This document shows positions 43,322 through 53,008 of a stretch of 64,000 bases of DNA, one piece after another (position 1 is the first letter of the stretch; the number at the start of each line of letters is the position of its first letter). Source of the DNA: Solimonas sp. (GTDB lineage Bacteria; Pseudomonadota; Gammaproteobacteria; Nevskiales; Nevskiaceae). Position numbers and translations under genes: made by a program. Location: NCBI GenBank assembly GCA_036275615.1, contig DASUDL010000047.1, positions 2,610-66,609 of the forward strand. The letters run 5' to 3'. The notes under the pieces are model-generated. The model saw only the letters and a list, made by a program, of their open reading frames with translations. It was not told the DNA's origin and made no database searches.

Positions 43322-43780
43322 ATGACCGTTGAAACGATCGTGAATGATGTGAAGGCCCGTGCGGACGTCGTCGTGGCCCGTGGCCAGGACGTGCTGGAAG
43401 CCGGTCTCGAGACCCTGAAGACCGCCAACGGCATCGTCGTGGAAGGCGTGCAGAACCTGGTCGAGACCAACGTCTCGGTCGGCAAGGAACTGATCACCCT
43501 GGCCCAGGCCAGCCTCGAGAAGGCCAAGACCGACGGCATCAAGGCCGTTGCCGCCAACCCGGTCGCCTACCTGCCGGAAGGCAAGGACAAGGTCGTCGGC
43601 GCCTACACCGATAGCCTCGCTCTCGTGACCAAGACCGGCGACGAGCTGGCCAAGACCCTGAAGCAGGGCTTCGAGACCATCAGCGCCAAGATCCAGGGCG
43701 ACGCCCCGGTCGTCGCCAAGGCGAAGAAGACCACGAAGAAGACCGTCGCGAAGGCCAAGAAGGCTGCCAAGGCTGCCTAA
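43322..43780 (+). CDS. phasin-like PHA granule protein with Lys/Ala tail
   Basis: amphipathic helical composition, AKKTTKKTVAKAKKAAKAA tail, GGAG SD, TGC-box operator upstream. Confidence 0.7.
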   Translation: MTVETIVNDVKARADVVVARGQDVLEAGLETLKTANGIVVEGVQNLVETNVSVGKELITLAQASLEKAKTDGIKAVAANPVAYLPEGKDKVVGAYTDSLALVTKTGDELAKTLKQGFETISAKIQGDAPVVAKAKKTTKKTVAKAKKAAKAA

Positions 43781-43821
43781 GGCTTCGTGACCCGAGGGCC
43801 CTGGGCGACCGGGGCCCCACG

Positions 43822-43858
43822 GGGGCTGAAGGCGGTCGCCTTCAGCCCCTTATTTTTT
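43822..43858 (+). terminator. intrinsic terminator after phasin
   Basis: GGGGCTGAAGGCG/CGCCTTCAGCCCC stem followed by TTATTTTTT. Confidence 0.88.
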
Positions 43859-43874
43859 GGTGAACCAGACCATC

Positions 43875-44156
43875 ATGTCCGATTTCCTCGCCGCGCCCCA
43901 GGGTTATCTCGACCGTGTGCTGGGCGGCGTCAGCCTGATCGCCCTGCACGAGGCCGGCAGCCTGCGTGGCCACGTGGCGGCGGTTCAGGAGCGCCTGCAG
44001 ATCGCGCGCCGCGCACGTTCCGTCAGCGAGATGCTGCGCGACCAGTTCGATCTGCTGCCGGAATCGCGCAACCGCCTGCGCCGTGACCATCAGGTGCGCC
44101 GCCAGCTGTGGCGCGGCCTGGCCAGCGACCTGCGTCCGGTGCGACCGCGCGCCTGA
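43875..44156 (+). CDS. small helical hypothetical protein, possibly phasin-related
   Basis: 93-aa ORF between two terminators; RARSVSEMLRDQFDLLPES resembles phasin turn region. Confidence 0.5.
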   Translation: MSDFLAAPQGYLDRVLGGVSLIALHEAGSLRGHVAAVQERLQIARRARSVSEMLRDQFDLLPESRNRLRRDHQVRRQLWRGLASDLRPVRPRA

Positions 44157-44177
44157 GGGCAGCGGCTCGGTCGACTG

Positions 44178-44210
44178 GGGCCCGGGGAAGCAATTCCCCG
44201 GGCCCTTTTT
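44178..44210 (+). terminator. intrinsic terminator
   Basis: GGGCCCGGGGAA-GCAA-TTCCCCGGGCCC-TTTTT. Confidence 0.88.
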
Positions 44211-44221
44211 CGTGGCGGGGA

Positions 44222-44539
44222 TCAGCGGCTCTCGCCGCCGCGGGTGGCGGCGGGTTTGCGCGGCGTACGCTTGCGGGTGGCCCGGGTCTTCGCGGCCGGG
44301 GCGGCGGGTGCCTCCTCCTCGGCGATGCGGATGCGCGCAGCGATCTTCTGCCAGGCGGGCGTCTTGCGCAGCAGGTCGAGGTTCTGCTTCACGAAGCCGC
44401 TGGCGTCGAACTCGCCCGCGGCATCGAGCTTGTCGCGCAGGAAGGCCACAACATCGTCCTGCAGGCCGGAGACATCGGGCAGGCCGAGGAAGCGGCGCAG
44501 CTCATCAGGGCGGACGTCGATTTCGATCTTGATCTGCAT
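44222..44539 (-). CDS. hypothetical protein (DUF6489-like N-terminus, basic tail)
   Basis: MQIKIEIDVRPDELRRFLGLPDV..LQ. Confidence 0.7.
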   Translation of the reverse strand: MQIKIEIDVRPDELRRFLGLPDVSGLQDDVVAFLRDKLDAAGEFDASGFVKQNLDLLRKTPAWQKIAARIRIAEEEAPAAPAAKTRATRKRTPRKPAATRGGESR

Positions 44540-44554
44540 GGCGGGGCTCCGGGA

Positions 44555-44935
44555 TCAGGCGGCTCGGGCGGCGACGACGAACAGGCCGATGCAGCAGAAG
44601 AGGCCGCCGAACCAGAGGATGGAGCGCAGGGTCGCCCGGTCGGCGATGTAGGCCAGGCCGAAGGCGATGCGGAAGGCGATGAACCCCAGCGCCAGGCCGT
44701 TGGCCTGGGCGCTTGGACCGGCGATCAGGTGTGCGACCAGTACCGCGACGGCGAACAGCGGGAAGGCCTCGAGCATGTTGAGCTGGGCCCAGTGGGCGCG
44801 CTTGCGCCAGCCCTGGGTGTGTTCGAGATAGTCGCGCGGTCGGGCATTGTCGAAGCGGCGGCTCCACTTCGCGGCGGCCGCGAAGGGCAGGTGCAGCAGC
44901 GCCGCCACCAGAATGCACCAGAGAGCGATGGTCAT
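44555..44935 (-). CDS. MAPEG family membrane protein
   Basis: DNARPR, RAHWAQLNMLEAFPLF, R..F..AYIAD...LRS. Confidence 0.88.
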   Translation of the reverse strand: MTIALWCILVAALLHLPFAAAAKWSRRFDNARPRDYLEHTQGWRKRAHWAQLNMLEAFPLFAVAVLVAHLIAGPSAQANGLALGFIAFRIAFGLAYIADRATLRSILWFGGLFCCIGLFVVAARAA

Positions 44936-45015
44936 GCCCGGATTCCCCGTGTTGTCGTGAGCCTGCGCCCGAGCATAGCAGCGCCGGGCCAGGGCAGGCG
45001 CCTGTGGATGAACCG

Positions 45016-45531
45016 CTAGGCGGGCTCGTCGAGCACGCGTTGCAGCAGCCAGACGTCGAGCACCTGGCCGTGCTTTTCGCCGCAGCGGCGCATCAGGCCG
45101 ATGCGGCTGTAGCCGAGCCGCTCGTGCAGGGCCAGGCTGGCGGGATTGCCGGTGACGATGCGGGCGACCAGGGTCAGCACGCCATGCGCCGGGGCGATGC
45201 GCAGCAGTTCCTCGAGCAGGGCGCGGCCAGTGCCCGAGCCGCGCTGGTCGGCACGCACGTAGACGGCGTTCTCGGCCGTGCGGTCGTAGGCCGGGCGCGG
45301 CGACCAGGCGTACAGGCGTGACCAGCCGATCACCTCGCCGCTGCGCTCAGCCACCCGGATGGGGTAGCGGTTGCCGGGGTTGTTGTGGAACCACTCCAGG
45401 CGTTCGGCCGGCGTCTTGGGCACCGTGTCGAAGGTGGCCGTGCCGTGCAGCACCTGCTCGTCGTAGATCGCGAAGATTGCCGGCAGGTCGGCCTCGGTTG
45501 CCGCGCGCAGCTGGATGGCGGCGCCGCTCAC
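45016..45531 (-). CDS. GNAT N-acetyltransferase (YncA/Pat-like)
   Basis: GTGA overlap; AIY, TATFD, RPAY..T.E..VYV, RGSGTG, N.ASL.LHERLG. Confidence 0.9.
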   Translation of the reverse strand: MSGAAIQLRAATEADLPAIFAIYDEQVLHGTATFDTVPKTPAERLEWFHNNPGNRYPIRVAERSGEVIGWSRLYAWSPRPAYDRTAENAVYVRADQRGSGTGRALLEELLRIAPAHGVLTLVARIVTGNPASLALHERLGYSRIGLMRRCGEKHGQVLDVWLLQRVLDEPA

Positions 45532-46121
45532 TTGTGCAGGGCCCACCACTGGGCGATGCCGCCCAGGAGCATCTCGACGGCGATCGTCACCAGGATCAGG
45601 CCCATCAGTCGCTCCACGGCTGTGAGCCCGCGCTCACCCAGCACCTCCCTCAGGCGCGTGGCCAGCAGCATGATCGGCAGGCACAGGCCCCAGGCCAGCA
45701 GCAGGGCGCCCGTCCATTCCATCCAGCGGTCGGGTTCGCGGCTCATCAGCAGCAGCACGGTGGCCAGCGCCGAGGGCCCGGCGATGTAGGGGATCGCGAG
45801 GGGCACGATGAAGGGCTCGGCCTTCACCTCCTCGTGCAGCGAGGCCTCGCGCGAGGGGAAGACCATGCGCAGGGCGATGATCATCAGGATGATGCCGCCG
45901 GCCGCGGACAGCGCCGCCTGCGACAGGCCCAGCAGGCGCAGCATCTGGCCGCCCAGGAACAGGAACAGCAGGAGGATCGCCAGCGCAAAGACCATCTCGC
46001 GCAGGATGACCTGGCGCAGGCGGGCGGCGGGGACCTGCTTCAGCGCCGCGAGAAACAGCGGGATGTTGCCCAGCGGGTCCATCACCAGGAACAGCAGAAC
46101 CGCGGCGGAAACGAAGGTCAC
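45528..46121 (-). CDS. MarC family membrane protein (YhgN-like)
   Basis: [32 protein letters not shown]. Confidence 0.92.
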   Translation of the reverse strand: MTFVSAAVLLFLVMDPLGNIPLFLAALKQVPAARLRQVILREMVFALAILLLFLFLGGQMLRLLGLSQAALSAAGGIILMIIALRMVFPSREASLHEEVKAEPFIVPLAIPYIAGPSALATVLLLMSREPDRWMEWTGALLLAWGLCLPIMLLATRLREVLGERGLTAVERLMGLILVTIAVEMLLGGIAQWWALHK

Positions 46122-46127
46122 GGGAAT

Positions 46128-47012
46128 TTACGTCCCGGTGAGCAGGCGCTGGGCTTCGCGATACTTGGCCGCGCTTTTCTGCAGCACCTCGGCCGGCAGC
46201 TGCGGACCGGGAGCCTTCTTGTCCCAGTCCAGGGTCTCCAGGTAGTCGCGCACGAACTGCTTGTCGAAGCTTGGTGGGCTGATGCCGGGGCGGTAGGTAT
46301 CGGCCGGCCAGAAGCGCGAGGAGTCCGGAGTCAGGGCCTCGTCGATCAGGTGCAGACGGCCGGCGGCGTCCACGCCGAACTCGAACTTGGTGTCGGCAAT
46401 GATGATGCCGCGGCTGCGGGCGTAGTCGCTGGCCTCGCGGTAGAGGCGCAGGGTGGTGTCGCGCACCTGCGCCGCCAGGTCCTTGCCGATGCGGCGCTCG
46501 ACCTCGGCATAGCTGATGTTCTCGTCATGCTGGCCGACCGGCGCCTTGTCGGCCGGGGTGAAGATCGGCTCCGGCAGCTGTCCGGCCAGCGGCAGGCCGG
46601 CGGGCAGGGCGATGCCGCAGACTGCGCCGGTCTTCTGGTAGTCCTTCCAGCCGCTACCGATCAGGTAGCCGCGCGCCACGGCCTCGATCGGCAGGGCCTT
46701 GAGCTTGCGCACCACGTTGCTGCGGCCCGCCACCTGCGCCAGTTCCGCCGGGGTCAGGTACTGGGCCAGGTCGACCTCGGGCGCGAGGTGGTTGGGCAGG
46801 ATGTGGGCGAAGCGCGCCATCCAGAAATTGCTGACCGCGGTGAGGACCGCGCCCTTGCCGGGGATGGGCTGGGGCAGGATCACGTCGAAGGCCGACAGGC
46901 GGTCGCTGGTGACGATCAGCATGTGCTGGTCGCCGAGCGCGTAGATGTCACGCACCTTGCCCTTGTGGAGGCGGGGGACGCTGGTCAGCGTGGATTCGTA
47001 GAGCGCTTCCAT
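46128..47012 (-). CDS. purC: phosphoribosylaminoimidazole-succinocarboxamide synthase
   Basis: [41 protein letters not shown]. Confidence 0.97.
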   Translation of the reverse strand: MEALYESTLTSVPRLHKGKVRDIYALGDQHMLIVTSDRLSAFDVILPQPIPGKGAVLTAVSNFWMARFAHILPNHLAPEVDLAQYLTPAELAQVAGRSNVVRKLKALPIEAVARGYLIGSGWKDYQKTGAVCGIALPAGLPLAGQLPEPIFTPADKAPVGQHDENISYAEVERRIGKDLAAQVRDTTLRLYREASDYARSRGIIIADTKFEFGVDAAGRLHLIDEALTPDSSRFWPADTYRPGISPPSFDKQFVRDYLETLDWDKKAPGPQLPAEVLQKSAAKYREAQRLLTGT

Positions 47013-47132
47013 GACGGTCGGTTCCGGGAAAGCGCGCATTGTAAGGAAGGCGGGCGGCCGCCGCCCCCGGGAAACCCCGGCGGCGTCCGGCCGGAATCTG
47101 GAATAATGCGCGCCGTTCCCCGGACTGCTCCC

Positions 47133-47822
47133 ATGGCCAAGCTCGCGCCCCTGATCGCCCCCAGCATCCTGTCCGCCGACCTTGCCCGGCTCGGCGAGGA
47201 CGTGAGCCGGGTGCTCGCGGCCGGCGCCGATATCGTCCACTTCGACGTGATGGACAACCATTACGTGCCGAACCTGACCTTCGGCCCGGCGGTTTGCGAG
47301 GCCCTGCGCAAGTACGGCATCACGGCCGAGATCGACGTGCACCTGATGGTGGAGCCGGTCGACGCCCTGGCGGCGCTGTTCGCCAAGGCCGGGGCCAGCT
47401 ACGTGACCTTCCATCCGGAGGCCACCCGCCATGTGGACCGCAGCCTGCAGGCGATCCGGGACACCGGTTGCAAGACCGGCCTGGTATTCAACCCGGCCAC
47501 GCCTCTGGACCTGCTGCGGCACGTGATGGACAAGGTGGACATGATCCTGCTGATGTCGGTGAACCCCGGCTTCGGCGGCCAGAGCTTCATCCCCTCGTCC
47601 CTGCCCAAGCTGCGCGAGGCCCGGGCCCTGATCGACGCCCACGTGGCGGCGGGTGGCCGGCCGATCCGCCTGGAGATCGACGGCGGGGTCAAGGTCGACA
47701 ACATCCGCGAGATCGCCGCGGCCGGTGCCGACACCTTCGTGGCTGGCTCGGCCATTTTCGGCGCGAAGGACTATGCGGCTACAATCAAGGCCATGCGCGA
47801 AGAAATCGCCAAGGCGGGTTGA
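47133..47822 (+). CDS. rpe: ribulose-phosphate 3-epimerase
   Basis: [36 protein letters not shown]. Confidence 0.97.
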   Translation: MAKLAPLIAPSILSADLARLGEDVSRVLAAGADIVHFDVMDNHYVPNLTFGPAVCEALRKYGITAEIDVHLMVEPVDALAALFAKAGASYVTFHPEATRHVDRSLQAIRDTGCKTGLVFNPATPLDLLRHVMDKVDMILLMSVNPGFGGQSFIPSSLPKLREARALIDAHVAAGGRPIRLEIDGGVKVDNIREIAAAGADTFVAGSAIFGAKDYAATIKAMREEIAKAG

Positions 47823-47829
47823 GGCCATC

Positions 47830-47877
47830 GTGACGCTCCTGGCCGATCGCGGTGTGCGCCTCTCCTGGCGATGGTGA
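47830..47877 (+). CDS. trpL: putative trpE leader peptide ([15 protein letters not shown])
   Basis: GAGG SD at 47821, GTG start, Trp-Arg-Trp just before the stop, 69 nt upstream of trpE. Confidence 0.75.
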   Translation: MTLLADRGVRLSWRW

Positions 47878-47946
47878 ACCGGAACGTCTGAGACGTTTCG
47901 CCCGTTTGCCCGGCGCGCCCCGGCGCGCGACCCTTCGCCCGAACCC

Positions 47947-49401
47947 ATGACCGCTGCCTACAACCGCATTGCGCTGACGCGCGACCTGCCCGGCGACCTC
48001 GACACGCCGGTCGGGGCCTATCTCAAGCTCGCCCACCGCCCGTATTCCTTCCTGCTGGAATCGATGCAGGGTGGGGAGCAGTGGGGTCGCTATTCCTTCA
48101 TCGGCCTGCCCTCGCGCGAGGTGCTGCGAATCGCCGGCGCCCGCGTCACCGTCACGCGCGACGGCGTGGTGACCGAGTCGGCCGAGGTGTCCGATCCCTT
48201 CGCCTGGCTGCGGGCCTACGCCGCCCGCTACCGCGTGCGCCCGGAGCCGGGCCTGCCCCGCTTCTCCGGCGGCCTCGTCGGCTACTTCGGCTATGACTGC
48301 GTGCGCTACTTCGAGCCGCGCCTCGCCGGCACCGGCAAGCCCGACCCCATCGGCACGCCGGACGTGCTGCTGATGCTGGCCGACGAACTGGTGGTCTTCG
48401 ATAGCCTGCGCGCGACGTTGACCCTGGTGACCCACGCCGATCCGGACGACGCTGCCGATGTGGCGCGCGCGCGCAGCCGGCTCGACGAGATCGAGGCCCT
48501 GCTGGCACGTCCCACGCCGCAGCGTCCGGCGCCCCTGGCCACGGACGAGTCGCCGTTGCCCTTTGTCTCCTGCTTCGGCGAGGAGCCGTTCAAGCAGGCG
48601 GTGCGTCGCATCCAGGACTACATCGCAGCGGGCGATTGCATGCAGGTGGTTCCGGCCCAGCGCCTGTCGGCGCCGTTCAGCGCCGACCCAGTGCAGCTGT
48701 ACCGCGCGATCCGGCGCCTCAACCCCTCGCCCTATCTCTACTGCATGGACCTGGGCGATCACCATGTCGTCGGCTCGTCGCCGGAGATCCTGGTGCGCGT
48801 CCAGGATGGCCAGGTCACGGTGCGTCCCATCGCCGGCACCCGCAAGCGTGGCGCCACGCCGGACGAAGACCGCGCCCTGGAGGCCGAGCTGCTGGCTGAT
48901 CCCAAGGAAATCGCCGAACACCTGATGCTGATCGACCTGGGCCGCAACGATGTCGGCCGCGTCTCCGGCGTGGGTAGCGTGCGCCTCACCGAGAAGATGG
49001 TGATCGAGCGCTACAGCCACGTGATGCACATCGTCTCCAACGTCACGGGCCAGCTGCGCCCGGGGCTCGATGCCCTCGATGCGCTGGCGGCGACCTTCCC
49101 GGCCGGCACCCTCTCGGGTGCGCCGAAGGTGCGGGCCATGGAAATCATCGACGAGGTCGAGCCGGTCAAGCGCGGCCTGTATGGCGGCGCGGTCGGTTAC
49201 CTCGGCTGGGACGGCAACATGGATACGGCCATCGCCATCCGCACGGCCGTGATCAAGGATGGGCAGGTGCATGTGCAGGCGGGCTGCGGCGTGGTCGCCG
49301 ACTCGGTCCCGCAGTCCGAGTGGGACGAGACCATGAGCAAGGCGCGCGCGATGATGAAGGCGGCGGCGCAGGCCGAGGATCGCGGTCGGGCCGGGGCCTG
49401 A
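47947..49401 (+). CDS. trpE: anthranilate synthase component I
   Basis: [42 protein letters not shown]. Confidence 0.96.
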   Translation: MTAAYNRIALTRDLPGDLDTPVGAYLKLAHRPYSFLLESMQGGEQWGRYSFIGLPSREVLRIAGARVTVTRDGVVTESAEVSDPFAWLRAYAARYRVRPEPGLPRFSGGLVGYFGYDCVRYFEPRLAGTGKPDPIGTPDVLLMLADELVVFDSLRATLTLVTHADPDDAADVARARSRLDEIEALLARPTPQRPAPLATDESPLPFVSCFGEEPFKQAVRRIQDYIAAGDCMQVVPAQRLSAPFSADPVQLYRAIRRLNPSPYLYCMDLGDHHVVGSSPEILVRVQDGQVTVRPIAGTRKRGATPDEDRALEAELLADPKEIAEHLMLIDLGRNDVGRVSGVGSVRLTEKMVIERYSHVMHIVSNVTGQLRPGLDALDALAATFPAGTLSGAPKVRAMEIIDEVEPVKRGLYGGAVGYLGWDGNMDTAIAIRTAVIKDGQVHVQAGCGVVADSVPQSEWDETMSKARAMMKAAAQAEDRGRAGA

Positions 49402-49420
49402 GGCCTCACCGCCTGTCGCC

Positions 49421-49828
49421 ATGCCGGCCCCGACGTCGCCAGCGCCGGTCCCGCTCCTCGTCGTCGAGGACAACAAGGACCTGTCCGACATCCTGATGCA
49501 TGTCCTGCGGCGCGCCGGCTTCGACGTGCAGCTGGCGCGTACCGGGCGCGAGGCCGAACTGGCGATCACGGAAGGAGCGCCGCCGGCCCTCGCCCTGATG
49601 GACATTGGGCTGCCCTACAAGGATGGCTTCCAGCTGATCCAGCTGATCCGGGCGACCCCGGCCTGGCAGCAGGTCCCCATCGTGATGCTTTCGGGCCGCA
49701 ACCGGCGCGAGGATATCGAGCGGGCCCGCGCCCTCGGCGCCGACGACTACCTGATCAAGCCCTTCCAGCCAGCCGAACTGCTGAGCTGCATCCGCCGGCG
49801 TCTCGCGGCCCGGAGCGTCCCCTCGTGA
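49421..49828 (+). CDS. single-domain response regulator (receiver)
   Basis: VVEDN, MDIGLP..DG, MLS, GADDYLIKPF. Confidence 0.92.
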   Translation: MPAPTSPAPVPLLVVEDNKDLSDILMHVLRRAGFDVQLARTGREAELAITEGAPPALALMDIGLPYKDGFQLIQLIRATPAWQQVPIVMLSGRNRREDIERARALGADDYLIKPFQPAELLSCIRRRLAARSVPS

Positions 49829-49865
49829 TCCCGGGCCGTTGCCCGCTCTTGCAGCCGCCGCCGAC

Positions 49866-50924
49866 ATGATCGACATTCAGGCGGCCGATCCCTTTGTGGC
49901 CTTCGCCTACCTGGCGAGCGGGGGCATCTTCCTGCTCTGCGGCGGCCTGCTGCTGGTGATCGGTGCGCTGCACTGGCGGCGCCGCTGGCGCGACCATCGC
50001 ACCGAGCTGATCGAAGCGCGCTGGCGCCCCCTGCTGCTGCAGAGCCTCGACGGCGCGCTTCCCGAATTTCCACCCCTGCCAGCCCGGCACCGGCTGACCG
50101 TACTGTGGCTGTGGAGCCGCATGGCGGAATGGCTGGAGGACTCCGCCCGGACCGGGCTGGTCCGTGCTGCACGCCGACTGCGCCTGGATCGCGCTGCGCG
50201 CGAACTGCTCACGGACGGCGACCTGCGCGAGCGCCTGCTGGCGGCGGTCATCCTCGGCAACATGCGCGACCTCGGCTCCTGGGACGAACTGGTGGCGGCG
50301 GTCGACGAATGGCACGCCACGCTGAGCATGGCGGCCGCCAGGGCCCTGCTGCGCACGGACCCGCGGCGCGCCCTGCCGGTCGTGCTGGACGCCGGGCTGC
50401 GCCGCGGGGAATGGCCCATCGGCATGCTGCTGGCGATGCTGCGCGAGGTCGGGCCGCGGCTGGTCACGCCCCCTCTCTGCGAGCGACTGCGGACCGTCGA
50501 AGGCACTCGCCTGCGCCGACTGCTGAGCCTGCTGCCGATCGCCGAGCAGGCGAAGGTCCGGCCGGTGCTGCTGGCCCGGCTCGATGCCAGCGAGGACCCG
50601 GAGTTCATCGCCGGCGCCCTGCGCCATCTGGGCGAACCGGAGGATGCCGAGCGCCTGCGCCGCTACTGCGAGCACCCGAGCTGGGTGGTGCGGGTCCGGG
50701 CCATCCACGCCCTGGCCCGGCTCGCCCGGGACCAGGACCTGCCCCTGTTTGCCCGGCGCCTCGACGACGCACAGTGGTGGGTTCGGCTGCGGGCCGCCGA
50801 AAGCCTGCTCGATCACCCGCGTCTGACGCCACCGGCACTCGAGGCGCTGCTGGAGGGTGTCGCCGTTGGTGCCGAGGGGCGGCACACCCTGCTGCAGCTG
50901 CAGGCCTCGCGGCTGGGCGCGTAA
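49866..50924 (+). CDS. membrane-anchored HEAT-repeat protein
   Basis: N-terminal TM; repeats such as HPSWVVRVRAIHALA and DAQWWVRLRAAESL. Confidence 0.8.
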   Translation: MIDIQAADPFVAFAYLASGGIFLLCGGLLLVIGALHWRRRWRDHRTELIEARWRPLLLQSLDGALPEFPPLPARHRLTVLWLWSRMAEWLEDSARTGLVRAARRLRLDRAARELLTDGDLRERLLAAVILGNMRDLGSWDELVAAVDEWHATLSMAAARALLRTDPRRALPVVLDAGLRRGEWPIGMLLAMLREVGPRLVTPPLCERLRTVEGTRLRRLLSLLPIAEQAKVRPVLLARLDASEDPEFIAGALRHLGEPEDAERLRRYCEHPSWVVRVRAIHALARLARDQDLPLFARRLDDAQWWVRLRAAESLLDHPRLTPPALEALLEGVAVGAEGRHTLLQLQASRLGA

Positions 50925-50999
50925 GCCTGGGGCAATGTCCGGCCGCGGGCGGCTGCGGTATCCTGTGCGCCCCTCGCACCCTGCCGGCTGCCGCTGCAC

Positions 51000-51032
51000 A
51001 TGACGCTCCTGTCCCCGCCTTGGCGTTGCTGA
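51000..51032 (+). CDS. putative trpG leader peptide (MTLLSPPWRC)
   Basis: homologous to the trpE leader (shared TGACGCTCCTG and TGGCG.TG.TGA); follows a TATCCT -10-like box; 90 nt upstream of trpG. Confidence 0.6.
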   Translation: MTLLSPPWRC

Positions 51033-51122
51033 TCCCCTTCCGATTCCAGGACACCGGGCCGTATCCGGCCGCGACCCCCGCCACACCGCGGTCGCCGCCG
51101 ACACCACAGGGATGAGCGTCAC

Positions 51123-51704
51123 ATGCTGCTGATGATCGACAACTACGACTCCTTCACCTACAACCTCGTGCAGTACTTCGGGGAGCTGGGCGTGGAGGTG
51201 CGTGTGCACCGCAACGACCAGATCAGCGTCGACGAGGTGGCCGCGCTCAAGCCGCGCCACATCGTGCTGTCGCCGGGTCCGTGCACGCCCAACGAGGCTG
51301 GTATCTGCCTCGAACTGATCGCGCGCTTGCAGGGCCAGTTCCCGATCCTCGGGGTCTGCCTCGGGCACCAGTCCATCGGCCAGGCCTTTGGTGGCGTGGT
51401 GAAGCGCGCCCGGCAGGTGATGCATGGCAAGGTCAGTGCGGTCCACCATGCCGACACCGGCGTGTTCCGCGGCCTGCCCAGCCCCTACACGGCGACGCGC
51501 TATCACTCGCTGGTGGTCGAGCGTGAGACCCTGCCGGATTGCCTGGAAGTCACCGCCTGGACGCAGCATGCCGACGGCCGTCGCGACGAGATCATGGGGC
51601 TGCGCCACAAGACGCTGCCGATCGAGGGCGTGCAGTTCCACCCCGAGTCGATCCTGACCGAGCATGGCCACGCCCTGCTCAAGAATTTCCTGGAGGCCTA
51701 CTAG
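51123..51704 (+). CDS. trpG: anthranilate synthase component II (glutamine amidotransferase)
   Basis: [33 protein letters not shown]. Confidence 0.97.
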   Translation: MLLMIDNYDSFTYNLVQYFGELGVEVRVHRNDQISVDEVAALKPRHIVLSPGPCTPNEAGICLELIARLQGQFPILGVCLGHQSIGQAFGGVVKRARQVMHGKVSAVHHADTGVFRGLPSPYTATRYHSLVVERETLPDCLEVTAWTQHADGRRDEIMGLRHKTLPIEGVQFHPESILTEHGHALLKNFLEAY

Positions 51705-51970
51705 AGCTTCCCCATGGGAAAATCACACTCACGTTGCCGCGCAGATTTGCGCCAGGCAAGGAAGACGGGGCGCCGCTTGGTGACTCCAAGAAAGCTCTGG
51801 CTGACCCCGCATGGCGCAAATCTGCGCGCAACCCGAAGGGACGGGGCCGTTTTGCCGCCCCGCGGCGTGGCTCGTCGCTTATGTACATCAAGTACACCGC
51901 GCTCCTCGCTCCTTGCGGGACGGCAAAACGACCTCCGTCGTGAGCGCGATTTACCCATGAGGAAGCTCTA
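51702..51970. mobile_element. MITE (non-autonomous IS derivative) with 32-bp terminal inverted repeats and TA target duplication
   Basis: 51702-51733 vs reverse complement of 51939-51970 match 28/32; two internal long hairpins; excision restores TAC TAA TG. Confidence 0.88.
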
Positions 51971-53008
51971 ATGGCCATCACGCCGCAAGAGGCGCTGCAG
52001 CGCACGATCGAGCACCGCGAGATCTTCCATGACGAGATGATCGGCCTGATGCGACAGATCATGCGTGGCGAGGTGTCGCCGGTCATGACGGCGGCCATCC
52101 TCACCGGCCTGCGGGTGAAGAAGGAAACCGTGGGCGAGATCGCCGCTGCCGCGCAGGTGATGCGCGAGCTGTCGCGCAAGGTCAGCGTGGCGCCGCATCC
52201 ACACTTCATCGACATCGTCGGCACCGGCGGTGATGGCGCCCACAGCTTCAACATCTCCACCGCCTCGTGCTTCGTGGCGGCCGCGGCGGGGGCGCGCATC
52301 GCCAAGCATGGCAACCGCAGCGTGTCCTCGAAGTCCGGCAGTGCCGACGTGCTCGAGGCGCTCGGCGCCGTGATCGACCTGCAGCCCGAGCAGGTTGCGG
52401 CCTGCGTCGAGGCCTGCGGCATCGGCTTCATGTTTGCGCCCAACCACCATCCGGCGATGAAGGCGGTGGCGCCGGTGCGCAAGGAAATGGGTGTGCGCAC
52501 CATCTTCAATATCCTTGGCCCGCTGACCAATCCGGCCGGCGCGCCGAACATCCTGATGGGGGTGTTCCATCCGGACCTCGTGGGCATCCAGATCCGCGTG
52601 CTCGAGCGCCTGGGCGCGAAGAACGCCATGGTCGTCTGGGGCCGCGATGGCATGGACGAGATCACGCTGGGCGGCTCCACCCTGGTCGGCGAGCTGCGTG
52701 ACGGCGTGCTGCGCGAATACGAGATCCATCCCGAGGACTTCGGCCTGCGCATGGCCGGGAGCCAGAACCTGCGGGTGGCCGACGCCGCGGAGTCCCGGCA
52801 GCGCGTGCTCGAGGCCCTGGAGAACCGGCCCGGCGTGGCCCGGGATATCGTCGCCCTCAACGCTGGCGCGGCGATCTATGCGGCAGGCCTGGCGGTGACG
52901 ATCGGCCAGGGCATCGAACAGGCGCAGGGCGTCATGCAGAACGGTGCGGCGCGCGTGAAGCTCGACGAGTTCGTCGCCGCCACGCACAAGGCAAAGGGAG
53001 CTGCCTGA
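51971..53008 (+). CDS. trpD: anthranilate phosphoribosyltransferase
   Basis: [45 protein letters not shown]. Confidence 0.97.
   Translation: MAITPQEALQRTIEHREIFHDEMIGLMRQIMRGEVSPVMTAAILTGLRVKKETVGEIAAAAQVMRELSRKVSVAPHPHFIDIVGTGGDGAHSFNISTASCFVAAAAGARIAKHGNRSVSSKSGSADVLEALGAVIDLQPEQVAACVEACGIGFMFAPNHHPAMKAVAPVRKEMGVRTIFNILGPLTNPAGAPNILMGVFHPDLVGIQIRVLERLGAKNAMVVWGRDGMDEITLGGSTLVGELRDGVLREYEIHPEDFGLRMAGSQNLRVADAAESRQRVLEALENRPGVARDIVALNAGAAIYAAGLAVTIGQGIEQAQGVMQNGAARVKLDEFVAATHKAKGAA

Noticed and set aside
51702-51970. trpG-trpD spacer considered as a trp attenuator or T-box
   Set aside because: No Trp-codon leader or T-box motif; TIRs, TA duplication and a clean empty site indicate a MITE
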